This document shows positions 19,001 through 28,693 of a DNA stretch of 64,000 nucleotides, in pieces. Under the pieces are notes generated by a model. That model did not search any database, was not told the origin of the DNA, and was given only the letters and a program-made list of their open reading frames with translations. This DNA is from a virus. A program made the translations under genes and the position numbers. The stretch is taken from IMG/VR virus record IMGVR_UViG_3300010297_000002, positions 1 to 64,000 of that record. One strand, 5' to 3'. Every line of letters begins with the position of its first letter. The first letter of the stretch is position 1.

Positions 19001-19747
19001 CAGATGGGCGGGGAAGACGTGAGTAACACAGCACAGTCTTCCAATAATGAGTACGACTTCGGTACTGATACTTGGTCGGCTTCCACAGCGTTATCAGATC
19101 CAGTTACTCGGGCAATAGGTGTGGGGTTAGACACTTCCTTTGGGTGTCTGTTCGGAGGAGAGTTTGACTTGGGCAATGACCCGGTTCTCACTTTTGACGG
19201 TTCTACATTTAATACCGCCGCTACTGATTTAACTGCTATTAATGGAGACATCTCAGCTACTCGTGCTTCGATGGCTGGTGAGCTCTCGGATACCGATGTA
19301 GTCTGTTTTGGAGGCGGTATTGAATCTGCAACATACCAGAACGAAGTATTCACCATTGAATTCGCAGCGAATAAATTAAGTGTTGTCGGGGTAACTACCC
19401 TTGCGACGACTTTAACAAGTTCCGCAGGATTCTCAACTGCATTTTCTCTAGCTACCGATTTTATGAATTTCGCTGGAGGCAAGGATGGTGCAGTGACTTA
19501 TTATCGTTCTCATGATAAAGTAGATATCTCAACTCCGACTACAACTGCGGCAATGCCGATACCGGTGACGGGTATTGCGGATCTTTCTTCTGCGGTAATT
19601 AATGGAGAGGGTGTGCTGTTCGCAGGAACCACCATCGACGGTGATGCTCTTGGCGACGTTTTAATTTATAATGAAAATGATGATACTTGGAGAACGGAGA
19701 CCAAGATGCTGGTAGCTCTGAAAGGAACTTCGGCATTCTCGAGATAA
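16037..19747 (+). CDS. Long tail fibre / receptor-binding protein with beta-spiral-like shaft and C-terminal Kelch-like propeller
   Basis: N-terminal YDKVSFKP...LLSSEVNELQDI baseplate anchor. Central approx. 15-17 aa GGL/xLxVxxD repeats. C-terminal GG...Y...W Kelch-like repeats. Confidence 0.65.
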   Translation: MSQVKIVVTPYDKVSFKPVKTLLSSEVNELQDIRKLEDIRTRQFASGDGPNGESFRVGIVDDENLKISRGFFVHLGETLYLDDDVVLPYDINLIDQGEQYRVVCRWRDVPIDSSQDSAILDTRVGPTSERVAKELTFCLERADTLYRVEENLVLLADANFTGSVTSPNPLTTTDLLDRRYDHSQHYVSGGLNVDDFDIVGTDARIVLTSGSLFYLQEFVQVQDTADLTFLVPLPSGTTGTSESRVLLYYTIEETAPDQFTAIPNYVAMTDEATLNEIPLRLYEVTLTASGVVPESINDVRAFEPVLRKVTSSRGAQSTLADFYALKPRPQTVPSLRVTINQGWYYLKGEYYYLSEQFQVHDPVFTAGNVRRDSVVITPDNVLTLYQGAETLATPNPPESTSIPDGSLRIYDVVIEQPTTQIVYPDDPANIAPGEIQDRRPIITALDAATDISVDNTGFSGVGSGGLSNTTEKSLQGYLEEIDGKFVSVDNDVASLGIVPQDSAPDIVNFDGTSKSLEIGHDPYTGINNDNTTKVGISVIKDPLNSNRVLIQNTWDEDMRLITSPVVLDSSYHTHAGIGDLEKGAEINFRETLMDFSDQNFTRASEFVLTDASASKFIRIAAAGSVPAHFALRLDPSGGIEFGVDGYKIDASGFQAQFDTTRAIRTDANGAGVYINAITSGLEFIDDGTLTNHSYLALKIADEFTIVGGALTLNLSSTGGLLVDGANELRANTDWPIHVNGTNQIALRYQDVAPTPTNESYLEARADSGTPSEFYLGLKVAPLRGLGAFNDGSKNLLSMLIEAPFSFSGSGGLQLDLNSTYFSINGSDQLDFDPSGLADGQSIIENLGTLSVNVDTNYSLTIDPTNGLRVVVNATGGLEDTGSGLQANLEPTNPSLEIKGGGELGARIDADGGLEVNADGIRIAGYADSNSVASGYVAGGSYSTSGPNENLNPSVAVYSYNDKSFSYLADPADPGYIYGVLFGIDTKAYQMGGEDVSNTAQSSNNEYDFGTDTWSASTALSDPVTRAIGVGLDTSFGCLFGGEFDLGNDPVLTFDGSTFNTAATDLTAINGDISATRASMAGELSDTDVVCFGGGIESATYQNEVFTIEFAANKLSVVGVTTLATTLTSSAGFSTAFSLATDFMNFAGGKDGAVTYYRSHDKVDISTPTTTAAMPIPVTGIADLSSAVINGEGVLFAGTTIDGDALGDVLIYNENDDTWRTETKMLVALKGTSAFSR

Positions 19748-19748
19748 A

Positions 19749-20399
19749 ATGAATTGTGAGACCACGGAGATTATTCAAAGCGTAAAGAAGGATTGTGAAG
19801 AGTACTTAGATCAGACATTAGATCATCTTCCAAATCTTCATTCTGAGTTCCAGATCGATAATTTTGTTCTGGCCAAAGACGCTTATACCGGATTCGGTAT
19901 GTACAAGAAGGCCCAGCGAGAACTATCCCGCCGGGTCTCAGTTCTTCAAGACCTTTTCATTAATCTAGAGATGGCTCAGGCCGAGTTAGAGGTTCTGCAG
20001 GAGGAACTGGAAGACGGTGGACTAACCCCCGCTCGTGAAAAACTCAAGCAGGTCGAAATTAAAAAAGCTGATCTTAAGGTTTCTAGAATTAAATCAAATA
20101 TCAAGGATGTACACAAAGAGTACAAAGCTGTTCTCAGGAGTTACAAACCTCTTCATCTAGAGTTCAAAGATGCTGACCTGGAAGAAGAGGAATTGAAGTA
20201 TTGGTTTGAGCACTATAAGGTAAAGGTTCTTAGGGCCCTTCGCTATAAGGGTCTTATGGAAGCCGAAGCGGTTATGGATGGGTTGGATGATGTCTTTAGG
20301 GAGCGGCTCATAATAGAGGTTAGGTCTTTTCTGAGTAGAACTCTACCAGAAGAGCAGTTCGTTAAAGCTAAGAAATTATTGGAGTCTAGAAATGCCTAA
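19749..20399 (+). CDS. Coiled-coil protein, possible fibre chaperone
   Basis: 216 aa, helical. Immediately follows the Kelch-like fibre. Confidence 0.4.
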   Translation: MNCETTEIIQSVKKDCEEYLDQTLDHLPNLHSEFQIDNFVLAKDAYTGFGMYKKAQRELSRRVSVLQDLFINLEMAQAELEVLQEELEDGGLTPAREKLKQVEIKKADLKVSRIKSNIKDVHKEYKAVLRSYKPLHLEFKDADLEEEELKYWFEHYKVKVLRALRYKGLMEAEAVMDGLDDVFRERLIIEVRSFLSRTLPEEQFVKAKKLLESRNA

Positions 20400-21960
20400 T
20401 ACACAAAGAATTATGTTTAGTCCTGTGAAGAGAAGGTCTGTATCTCTTAGTCCTAACCCGACTGGAGATTCTTATCATGGAAGGCTACTTCACACTGGTT
20501 TAATCAGTCAGGTGGACTCTTCAACCCAGTTTACTGCTCTAAACTCGAACATTCCCGGAAATGTTCCTCCTGGTGTGGATCTTTCGACCCCATTGGCAAG
20601 TAATCCTCCCCATATAAATCCGAAAGGGTTAACCTATGTTCTTCGAGTTGTGTCGGAGACGGGGGTAGCTAACGATCAGTACCATTTCCTAACCTCAGCC
20701 GTGAATTCAGGATCGAACACGATTGTTCAGGTCAATACAGCCTCGTTCACTTCAGCCATCGAAGGATCTCGTTTCGATATCCTGATGCCTATTGATGATG
20801 GTGTTCGCTACCAGGGGGAGGTTTCCTCTTACGTAGGTACAGATATTATCTGTCTGGGCGGGAATAACGTAAGTGAGTTAGGTCAGGTTCTCACAGATTC
20901 TACTTTTGATGTGATTGTTATGCGGGCAGATCAGACTTATGAAAGAAAACTGGTTACTGGATTGGCTTTCACAAATAATACTTCTGCTGTCACGATCACC
21001 GTGGACTCTGCTTTCACTACGATCACTCCTTCATCGGGAGATCTAGTGATCATTAAATCCACGCTCTGGTCCAGTTTCTGTAATCCTAACCCAGATGCGG
21101 ATTCTGCTTTATCTACTTCTTTCTTCGATACAGGAAACGCAGCTTTTGTTCAGAGCCCGATGTTTGACTACGAGATGACTCACTCAACCGGTGAGTTTCA
21201 ATGGTTTGGGAATACGATTTTTGGAGTAAGTGATGCTGGAGAGGTGTCTGTCGGGGCTTACAATGGTGGGAACCTCAATGATGACAAGGGTGACTATTCT
21301 ACTTCTCTTCCTAATATTCCTTATGCGGTTAATCTGAAGGTCGGCGGTACAGCCCTCGGTTCAGTTAATTTCATAACCGAGGAGCAGGCCGAGATCCTGA
21401 CTTCAGGATCTCAAGATGCGACCTCACTTCATAATCACGACAGTCGTTACTATTTGAAGTCGGAGACCTATAACCAGTCTGAGTTTAATGCAGGTACTTC
21501 TGCGAATCCAGGAACCGGTGTACTAGATCCCAGGTATTACACTAAGACAGAGGTGTACACTAAGACAGAGGCTTCGAATCTTTTCTTAACCAAGAGTGCT
21601 AATCTTTCCGATTTGGGTAATACTGCCACAGCCAGAAACAACTTGAGTGTCTATTCCAAGACGGAGATTGATAACCAGATAAAAGAGATTCCAATCTTTT
21701 TATATACTTTTTTAAATGTTGCATACACGAATTCACAAGCAACTCGAGACAGGTTACAGCTAGTTCACCCAGCTTCTTTATACAAGGAGGGGCAAAAGGC
21801 TATTGTAAGGCTCCATTTTCAATATGGTATGGCTATTGGTGCAGGCCTTCTGCTAGACTTCGGTCATTACTTTTGGGTACAGGGCGGTGTCTGGAGGATT
21901 GATACAGTAACTATGGAAGCGGCGATGCCGGGTTACGTTAACCAGTTAAATTTTGTCTGA
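20392..21960 (+). CDS. Tail fibre protein
   Basis: HNHDSRYYLKSE, repeated YTKTE and KSANLSDL...ARNNL motifs typical of phage fibres. Confidence 0.7.
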   Translation: MPNTQRIMFSPVKRRSVSLSPNPTGDSYHGRLLHTGLISQVDSSTQFTALNSNIPGNVPPGVDLSTPLASNPPHINPKGLTYVLRVVSETGVANDQYHFLTSAVNSGSNTIVQVNTASFTSAIEGSRFDILMPIDDGVRYQGEVSSYVGTDIICLGGNNVSELGQVLTDSTFDVIVMRADQTYERKLVTGLAFTNNTSAVTITVDSAFTTITPSSGDLVIIKSTLWSSFCNPNPDADSALSTSFFDTGNAAFVQSPMFDYEMTHSTGEFQWFGNTIFGVSDAGEVSVGAYNGGNLNDDKGDYSTSLPNIPYAVNLKVGGTALGSVNFITEEQAEILTSGSQDATSLHNHDSRYYLKSETYNQSEFNAGTSANPGTGVLDPRYYTKTEVYTKTEASNLFLTKSANLSDLGNTATARNNLSVYSKTEIDNQIKEIPIFLYTFLNVAYTNSQATRDRLQLVHPASLYKEGQKAIVRLHFQYGMAIGAGLLLDFGHYFWVQGGVWRIDTVTMEAAMPGYVNQLNFV

Positions 21961-22477
21961 TATGGATATTAGAACTTTTGAAATATTTCCAGGAGTCGCG
22001 GTACACGAGAACTTTGTTCCCAATGTTTCGGACATTGTCCAGTATCTTTTCGATAATGAACAGAGCCTGAACTTTATTGCCCGCACGGGTAAGTACAAAG
22101 TGAAAACGGTGGGAGTAGAGTCTAAGGTCAGCTCTCTTCTCAAAGACGACATTCCTGCAGAGCTTAAGGAGATGATTTTTGCGGGCCTTCCCGAGAGGCA
22201 CCGCCTCTTTCATCATGATATTCAGATTCAGAGATATACTAGGGGAGGTTCTATAACGATTCATAAAGAGGCCTCTTCTTATAGCGAACTACATTTATTT
22301 AATTTGTATTCTGATCCTGAAGCCGGGGACGGCCTAACAGTCTATGATAGAGATTCAGACCAGTGGCATTTCATTGAAGATCGTCCGGGCAATTTTATTG
22401 AGTTCGGCACAGATATTTATCATTGTATTAAGGAAATTAAATCTGATTTACGGTATTCTATGGTGGTTGGATTTTAA
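21953..22477 (+). CDS. 2OG-Fe(II) oxygenase superfamily protein
   Basis: IQIQRY..GG....HxE, distal H (YHCI) and RYS motif of the double-stranded beta-helix fold. Confidence 0.7.
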   Translation: MSDMDIRTFEIFPGVAVHENFVPNVSDIVQYLFDNEQSLNFIARTGKYKVKTVGVESKVSSLLKDDIPAELKEMIFAGLPERHRLFHHDIQIQRYTRGGSITIHKEASSYSELHLFNLYSDPEAGDGLTVYDRDSDQWHFIEDRPGNFIEFGTDIYHCIKEIKSDLRYSMVVGF

Positions 22478-22488
22478 AGGGACTTGTT

Positions 22489-23085
22489 ATGTTTGCTATT
22501 TTTGATAAGAGAGATGGAAGTTTTTTAGCTTGTTTAGAGGAACTACACGAACACCATAATGAGCAGAATTACCTCATTAAGAAGCTTCCTGAGGATTTCG
22601 ATGCGGAAGATTCAGTCTATGTCGGTGATTTTTACAAGGGGAAGATCATTGATAAGTCAGAGAATCCTAACGTCTTGCGAGAGGAGCATCTTAAGTTCTC
22701 TACGACTATTCAGATTCAAGAAGAGTATTCGCTTCATAAGCAGTTAAACATCATAATTGAGCAGTTGGATGCTTTAGATAATTCAATTAAAACCGATGAT
22801 TTCAAGAAGATGTCTAAGTACCTTAAAGCAGCTCGAAATGAGTACAAGACCCGTAGGAAGGGTTATGTGGAGAGTCAGGATACCATCTTCATTAATGAGG
22901 TCGGCGAGGAGGAAGGCACCCACAGATCTGCGGACGATGCTCTCACTCGTGAAGAACTGAAGAAGGCTTTCGATTCCTCGGAGGATTACGTAGTCTCCTA
23001 CAAGGCCTCTCCGAACGTCCCCATCAAACTCAAGCCTAAAGAAGTCAAAAAGATTAAATTAAACGAGCCTGTGAAGAGTAAATGA
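22489..23085 (+). CDS. Putative tail-fibre assembly chaperone
   Basis: IQEEYSLHKQLNI motif resembles fibre chaperones. Located after the fibre genes. Confidence 0.4.
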   Translation: MFAIFDKRDGSFLACLEELHEHHNEQNYLIKKLPEDFDAEDSVYVGDFYKGKIIDKSENPNVLREEHLKFSTTIQIQEEYSLHKQLNIIIEQLDALDNSIKTDDFKKMSKYLKAARNEYKTRRKGYVESQDTIFINEVGEEEGTHRSADDALTREELKKAFDSSEDYVVSYKASPNVPIKLKPKEVKKIKLNEPVKSK

Positions 23086-24773
23086 CATTACTAGACGATC
23101 TTAGAACAGGTCGGAAGGATGTCAGCTCGCTCCAGATTCCTCATCTGAAAGAAGGGATCAGCCTTTTCGACTACCAAAAAATTGCCGTAGCGGCCTTCCT
23201 TTCCCACAGGAAACTAATTCTGTATGATCAGATGGGGTTTGGGAAGACTTGCATGTCTTTCGCTTCTTATGTGATTCTTAAGCAGAAGATCCCCGATCTT
23301 AAATTGATTTATGCCACGGTTAAGTCGGGTATCTACCAAGCAGAGACAGAATTTAATACCTTCTTTGATGGATTTAAGACCATAGTAGTTCGGTCCGATG
23401 GTTGGACTAAGCTTCGCCGGGAGAAGATCTACATGAAGGGCGAGCATGATTGCTATTTCATGGGACACCGCAGGATGGTTCTAGATGCCAAGTGGATCGC
23501 AAAGTGCCTCAGCCCCTGCGTGATCGTGCTGGACGAGTCTAATTATTTCAAAGGACTGGATTCAAAGGCTCATAAAGTCGCGGCCCAACTTCGTGACATC
23601 GTTCCTTATATGTGGCAGCTTACAGCAGATCCCATCGAGAATAGTATTAAGGATGCCTATGGGTTGATGGATCTGGTAGATACTACTCTTTACGGTGATT
23701 TCGAGCAATTTAAGCAGGAATTCTGCATCGTTAAGAAAACTCGGATACCTAAGCCCGCAAAATGGAAATCTCCTGGGTTTATGGAGATTGACTCGGTTGT
23801 GGCTTATAAGAACAAAGATGAATTTAGAAGACGATTTGATCTGGCCGCCCTCGGACGTACTCGAAAAGATGTTCAGAATGAGCTCCCGGATCTTAAGGTT
23901 CGTAATCTTGAAGTTGAGCTTCCTCGAAAAGATAAAAAGATCTACGATGAGATCGAGGAAGGTTTGCTTTCTAATCTTCGTGGTTACGAGAAGTTGAAGG
24001 ATCACTCTTCCAGTGAGGGTGCTTATCTCGAGAACATGATTCGTTGTCAGCAGATTTTAGGGTGTCCTACTGAAGTAATGGGGACTCTGGTCCAAAGCCT
24101 CAACGATGTTCGAGAGAGATCTCAGGAGCTTACAGTGAAGAAGCTCCAGCAATTACAAGAAGATTCCGAAGAGGACTATATTCCTAATGAATATGATTTC
24201 AGGTTCGCGGAGCACTGGGACGATCGATTCAAGTACATTTCATCTCTTCTAGCGAATTACACCATGGAGACCACAGCCAAGTGTGAGGAGATCAAGCGTC
24301 TTCTTCAGGACGAGCTTCCTGGAGAGAAGGTGATCATATTCAGTTCCTTTCTTAAGGTTATCGATTACCTCGAACCGCGTTTAGATGACTGGAAGCCGCT
24401 GAGAATTACGGGGGCCGAGAATGCCCAGGTTCGTGAAAAGAATCGTCGGCAGTTTGTGGAGTCTGAGGATCGTAATGTTCTTTTGGTAACTACAGCCGCT
24501 CTTCGAGGATTGAACCTGCAGCGAGCTTCTTGTATTATTTGTCACGATATACCGATGACCTGGGGCAAGCTTCGTCAGTTAGTAGGTAGAATCATTCGAA
24601 CCGGGTCTCTTCATGAGATGGTGAATCTTATTATCTTGATTGCCAAGGGAACTATTGATCAAACTATTCATAAGAAATTGTACTCTACCCAGCAAGATGT
24701 TGAGCGTATTCTGGGAGATTTAGATAAGGATAAAATTGTGACAGGCGAAATGGTTCGGTCTCATCGCTTTTAA
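23082..24773 (+). CDS. SNF2-family (SF2) helicase
   Basis: LFDYQ, DQMGFGKT (Walker A), VLDES (Walker B), LTADPIEN, KVIIFS, GLNLQ, QLVGRIIR. Confidence 0.85.
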   Translation: MTLLDDLRTGRKDVSSLQIPHLKEGISLFDYQKIAVAAFLSHRKLILYDQMGFGKTCMSFASYVILKQKIPDLKLIYATVKSGIYQAETEFNTFFDGFKTIVVRSDGWTKLRREKIYMKGEHDCYFMGHRRMVLDAKWIAKCLSPCVIVLDESNYFKGLDSKAHKVAAQLRDIVPYMWQLTADPIENSIKDAYGLMDLVDTTLYGDFEQFKQEFCIVKKTRIPKPAKWKSPGFMEIDSVVAYKNKDEFRRRFDLAALGRTRKDVQNELPDLKVRNLEVELPRKDKKIYDEIEEGLLSNLRGYEKLKDHSSSEGAYLENMIRCQQILGCPTEVMGTLVQSLNDVRERSQELTVKKLQQLQEDSEEDYIPNEYDFRFAEHWDDRFKYISSLLANYTMETTAKCEEIKRLLQDELPGEKVIIFSSFLKVIDYLEPRLDDWKPLRITGAENAQVREKNRRQFVESEDRNVLLVTTAALRGLNLQRASCIICHDIPMTWGKLRQLVGRIIRTGSLHEMVNLIILIAKGTIDQTIHKKLYSTQQDVERILGDLDKDKIVTGEMVRSHRF

Positions 24774-24802
24774 TTGTATCGAATTCGAGTAATATAGGCT
24801 CT

Positions 24803-25411
24803 ATGAAAGTTAACATTCCCGGTTTCACTCAAAAAGAATCCTGTAAGACCTGTCCAGGAGAAATTAGAAAGAAGGTCAACGGTAAGGTTTCCACCAAGTA
24901 CTGTTATTGTCTTGGGATGGAGATAGCTTATCGGATGCTCGGCGATAGTCTTTATCCTCATTTTGATCCCAGTTCTGAGAAGATTAAAGCGGTTTTAGCC
25001 AGTGATGGTTTTCAATCGAAGAAGCTTTTTATTAAAGAGACCAAGAAGGATAATTTCAAGAAGGTCATGGCGACCTATGTTTTCCGTCATAGGCTTAAAA
25101 AGTTCATGATAACGGACTCTTATCGGATCATGGAGGCCTATCTAGGGTTAGATGAGGAGTACAAGACCTATCGTCAGATGATAGACTCCAACGATATGAT
25201 TGTGATACGCATGGGCGAGACTGAGCGGGATGTGAATCGTTTCGATGAGACTTTCAAACAGTTCTTGGTCTTAGCCGAGCTTAAAGAAGATTTGGTTCTT
25301 TGGCTGGTTTCTTCCCGTGGACCGCAAGATAAGTTCTATAAGAATTTTTATTCTTTACACTCCCAACCGTTTTTCTCGAACCCAATGCATTTCAAAGGAG
25401 CCCAATTATGA
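24803..25411 (+). CDS. Putative degenerate helicase loader (DnaC/DnaI-like) with N-terminal Zn ribbon
   Basis: CxxC...CxC Zn motif and position directly upstream of DnaB. No intact Walker A visible. Confidence 0.4.
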   Translation: MKVNIPGFTQKESCKTCPGEIRKKVNGKVSTKYCYCLGMEIAYRMLGDSLYPHFDPSSEKIKAVLASDGFQSKKLFIKETKKDNFKKVMATYVFRHRLKKFMITDSYRIMEAYLGLDEEYKTYRQMIDSNDMIVIRMGETERDVNRFDETFKQFLVLAELKEDLVLWLVSSRGPQDKFYKNFYSLHSQPFFSNPMHFKGAQL

Positions 25412-26895
25412 GGATGGAGGAGCTCCAAATATTAAGAGGAGTGATTCGATTAGACACCGAGGCATCCTCGGATGAGCTTTTAGGGAATTACACTCAGTTG
25501 ATGGCCAAGAAGTTAGCTTTTTCTCCTGAGGTCGCCGATGTTCTCAACTTCGTTAGTGAGTACTATAAGTCTACTTCCGGGTTTCCTCAATACCGGGAGG
25601 TCGAGGATCACTTTAGGACTAAGAATAATTTCAATCTAGTTCGGAATTTGGAAACACTGAAAAAAGTTCAGAGACCGGACGAGCAGCAGTTTACTTACAA
25701 TCTAAAAAAGTATGCTCAGGATTATGAAACGGATCTGGTTCGTAAGGCTATGGAAGAGACCCTGAACTATATTTCTGAGAATAGGCCTAAGATCTCGATC
25801 AATGAGTCTCTGGCTGAGCAAGCTCTGAGCAAACTTAATGATCAGGTAGCCTCTCTGTACTCGAGGTCCCATGGGAATGTTTTCACTTCGGGGAATGTCG
25901 CGGATTATTACGCTAATTTTAAACTGAAGATGGAGGAATCCATGTATGATAATCAGTCCCAGGTAATACCTTCTGGAGTCTCAATTATAGACCAACACAT
26001 CAGTGGAATAGCCAAAGGTAATCTCGCTTTTTTGATCGGGTACGCAGGGTCCTTTAAGACCGGAGCCTGTATGAACTGGTGTATGGAGGCCATTCGCCTT
26101 GGGTACAACGTTCTTTATGTATCAATGGAGAATTCCGCTATCGAACTCACTAACCAGATTCTTTCCTGCCACGCATCGGATGCAGATTTGTTTGGACACC
26201 TCGGTATTCCTACACCGTCGCACACGGATATCGGCGATGGTAATGTAACGGAGGCTCAGCAGGAATTGATTGATACTGCTTACCAGGATTATATGATTAG
26301 ACAGCAGAATGGGGAGTACGGTCAGTTTTTTGTCCATCAGCCGGAAGTAGCCGAGGTTACTCTTTCTTATGTTCGGAATATTACTAACTTCTTCAACGCG
26401 AAGTGCGGTAATGAGTTGGACATGCTGGTAATCGATGCTCCTTACTTGATGACTCCAGAACTCTACAAGTCAGATTTTAGAGCAGCTCTGAACCAGATCA
26501 TCAGGTCTCTTAAGTTGTTCGCACAGTCTTTCAATAAGGGGGAAGGGTTGGCAGTCCTCTGTCCACACCAGATTAATCGTGATGGGCACGACCGGGCGTT
26601 AAAGAACAAGGATTTTATCTACGACCATAAGTGTATTGCAGATTTGAACGAGATTGAGAAGTCGGCGGATCTCGCAATGACTGTTTTTTCTGATAACGAG
26701 GATCTACGAGTTACGAACCAGGTTCTCGTTCAGTTTTTGAAGTCCCGTCACCATGGGGTCCCGAAGTACCAGAATTTCCCTATCTACGCAAACCTAGCGA
26801 CTCGTCGTTGGGGAAACTTGAACCTGGATAGTTCTGGTAATTACGAGGACCAGTTCGACTTCTCCCTCGAGGAGACATTTTTGGGAGAAGGTTAA
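25408..26895 (+). CDS. dnaB: Replicative DNA helicase (DnaB-like SF4)
   Basis: GYAGSFKT, YVSME, MLVID, HQINR, EIEKSADL, KSR motifs. Confidence 0.85.
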   Translation: MRMEELQILRGVIRLDTEASSDELLGNYTQLMAKKLAFSPEVADVLNFVSEYYKSTSGFPQYREVEDHFRTKNNFNLVRNLETLKKVQRPDEQQFTYNLKKYAQDYETDLVRKAMEETLNYISENRPKISINESLAEQALSKLNDQVASLYSRSHGNVFTSGNVADYYANFKLKMEESMYDNQSQVIPSGVSIIDQHISGIAKGNLAFLIGYAGSFKTGACMNWCMEAIRLGYNVLYVSMENSAIELTNQILSCHASDADLFGHLGIPTPSHTDIGDGNVTEAQQELIDTAYQDYMIRQQNGEYGQFFVHQPEVAEVTLSYVRNITNFFNAKCGNELDMLVIDAPYLMTPELYKSDFRAALNQIIRSLKLFAQSFNKGEGLAVLCPHQINRDGHDRALKNKDFIYDHKCIADLNEIEKSADLAMTVFSDNEDLRVTNQVLVQFLKSRHHGVPKYQNFPIYANLATRRWGNLNLDSSGNYEDQFDFSLEETFLGEG

Positions 26896-27506
26896 TGGCT
26901 ACTCTCAGACAAAGAATACAAAGAGTAGCTAAGAATCTTTCCATGATGGATGCTTACCCTTATATTACCGGGAAGAGTATCCATGTCCTTGACAACCGGC
27001 CTAAGCAAGTCAAGTGTTATATCCATGGTTCGGATCGTAAGCCCTCAGCTCGTATCTTTACCGATGGTAAGATGTACTGCTTCACATGCCATGAGATGTT
27101 CGATTCATACTCGTTTAGTATGAAGTTCAGGAATATTCCTTTCAATGATTACCGAGCTGCGGATGAGCTTTTACAAGAGCTTGAGTCCAGGTTCAACCTC
27201 TTGTCCATTCCATTGGAAGAGGTTAAGGAAGACAAGAACGAATCTTGGGATAAAGTGGTCTCTTCGAACAAGAAGGAAGTCGAAGCCCAGGTCAAGGCCA
27301 GTTTGGATGAGGACAAACGATCTTTCATTAATAAGTGGGTCGATGTCAACGAAAAAGCGATTAACTGTTCTGACGAATGTAAACGGCAGAAAATATATGA
27401 GGGCCTGGATAAAGCCCTTGCTTATTCATCGGATCAGAAAGACTACTACGGTGGGTGGGATTTTCTGTTCAAATTAGAGAATTTACTTTGGGAAAATGAG
27501 AATTGA
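26895..27506 (+). CDS. Primase CHC2 zinc-finger protein (no TOPRIM domain)
   Basis: CYIHGSDRKPSARIF...YCFTC matches the DnaG Zn-binding domain. Confidence 0.75.
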   Translation: MATLRQRIQRVAKNLSMMDAYPYITGKSIHVLDNRPKQVKCYIHGSDRKPSARIFTDGKMYCFTCHEMFDSYSFSMKFRNIPFNDYRAADELLQELESRFNLLSIPLEEVKEDKNESWDKVVSSNKKEVEAQVKASLDEDKRSFINKWVDVNEKAINCSDECKRQKIYEGLDKALAYSSDQKDYYGGWDFLFKLENLLWENEN

Positions 27507-28692
27507 GCTTGTATTCAAAAAAGGAAAATCATGCGATTGGCTCCCCGGATTTTTACATTATATTCATGAGACTCGAGTAGGTTTATACAATCTAGGGTTC
27601 TCAGGTGTTGAAGTTCGTCATGATCTTGATTTCTTTCATCAGAAGTATGTGTTCTCTTGTCCAGACGGTCAGGAGATTTCTTCGAACATTGTTTCGAAGT
27701 TTTTGGCGTTCTTCCACAAGCCATCCTTTCGTGGAGTCAAAGATCATTCTCTTCAGATAAACCAGAGGTTTTTCCGGGAGAAGATGTACTCTTTCATTAC
27801 TCTCCAAGGGTTTTTAGACTCCCAGGTCTATTCCAAAATCGGCCTCCGAAGTAAGTTCAATCAATACTCATTCGATTGGTTTCAAAAGTACACCCACCAA
27901 TTGCTAGATGCTTTCTATTCTTGGTACTTTGTTAGGGAAAACTATTGCATCACTGTTCGCGGAGCTTCGGATAAAGTTGCAGATGAGATCTATCGTTCTG
28001 TAGACACAATGTTCACCGCTAGAACTTTCACTCATAGGGATTGCCTTCCCTATTTTGATGAGGATTCCCTAGAAGTTCCAGACTTCGATTCCAAGTTTAT
28101 GGACTTTTTGGGAACCTTGATTCCGCCCATGCAAGAGGGCTTCGATCGTAGGGCTGAGAAAAGCTCTGTGTTTCATCAAGGAAAGCTTACCGTTTTTAGT
28201 AAGCACTTCAAGATATGGTGGCTTTGTGTTCCTAAGTCAAATAAGAATTTGACTACTTTACTTTTTTTAAAATATTTCATTTTGAGGAAGATTAAATCCC
28301 TCCTGAAGTCAGAGTTCGATCTTTTGAAGTTGGGGGAGTACCTCAAAGTTTACGTACAGGACAACGTTTGTTTTTTTTATTTTTTCAAACCTCTAGAATT
28401 GATGGAAGAAGTGAAAACCCCAGGAACTATGGGAGATTTTCTCAAGGTCCCAGACATCAGTCTAAATTCATTAGATGTCAAGGCCTTGTTTTCTAAGTTC
28501 AAACGAGGTAATTCTTTAGATCAGATGCATACAAAAACTTTCATCGAGAGCTCTTTTTGCTCAGTGGAAGATCTTGGGTATTTGTCTTTAGTAGCTCCAG
28601 AGTTTTCCATTCAAAATCTTCTGGACATTAAGCCTAAGCAGGCTAAGGAACTTAACGTCGAAGGACTGAGATTCTTCGAGATAAAGGGATAG
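27496..28692 (+). CDS. Hypothetical protein
   Basis: 398-aa Phe-rich ORF in the replication operon. No recognised motif. Confidence 0.5.
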   Translation: MRIELVFKKGKSCDWLPGFLHYIHETRVGLYNLGFSGVEVRHDLDFFHQKYVFSCPDGQEISSNIVSKFLAFFHKPSFRGVKDHSLQINQRFFREKMYSFITLQGFLDSQVYSKIGLRSKFNQYSFDWFQKYTHQLLDAFYSWYFVRENYCITVRGASDKVADEIYRSVDTMFTARTFTHRDCLPYFDEDSLEVPDFDSKFMDFLGTLIPPMQEGFDRRAEKSSVFHQGKLTVFSKHFKIWWLCVPKSNKNLTTLLFLKYFILRKIKSLLKSEFDLLKLGEYLKVYVQDNVCFFYFFKPLELMEEVKTPGTMGDFLKVPDISLNSLDVKALFSKFKRGNSLDQMHTKTFIESSFCSVEDLGYLSLVAPEFSIQNLLDIKPKQAKELNVEGLRFFEIKG

Positions 28693-28693
28693 T

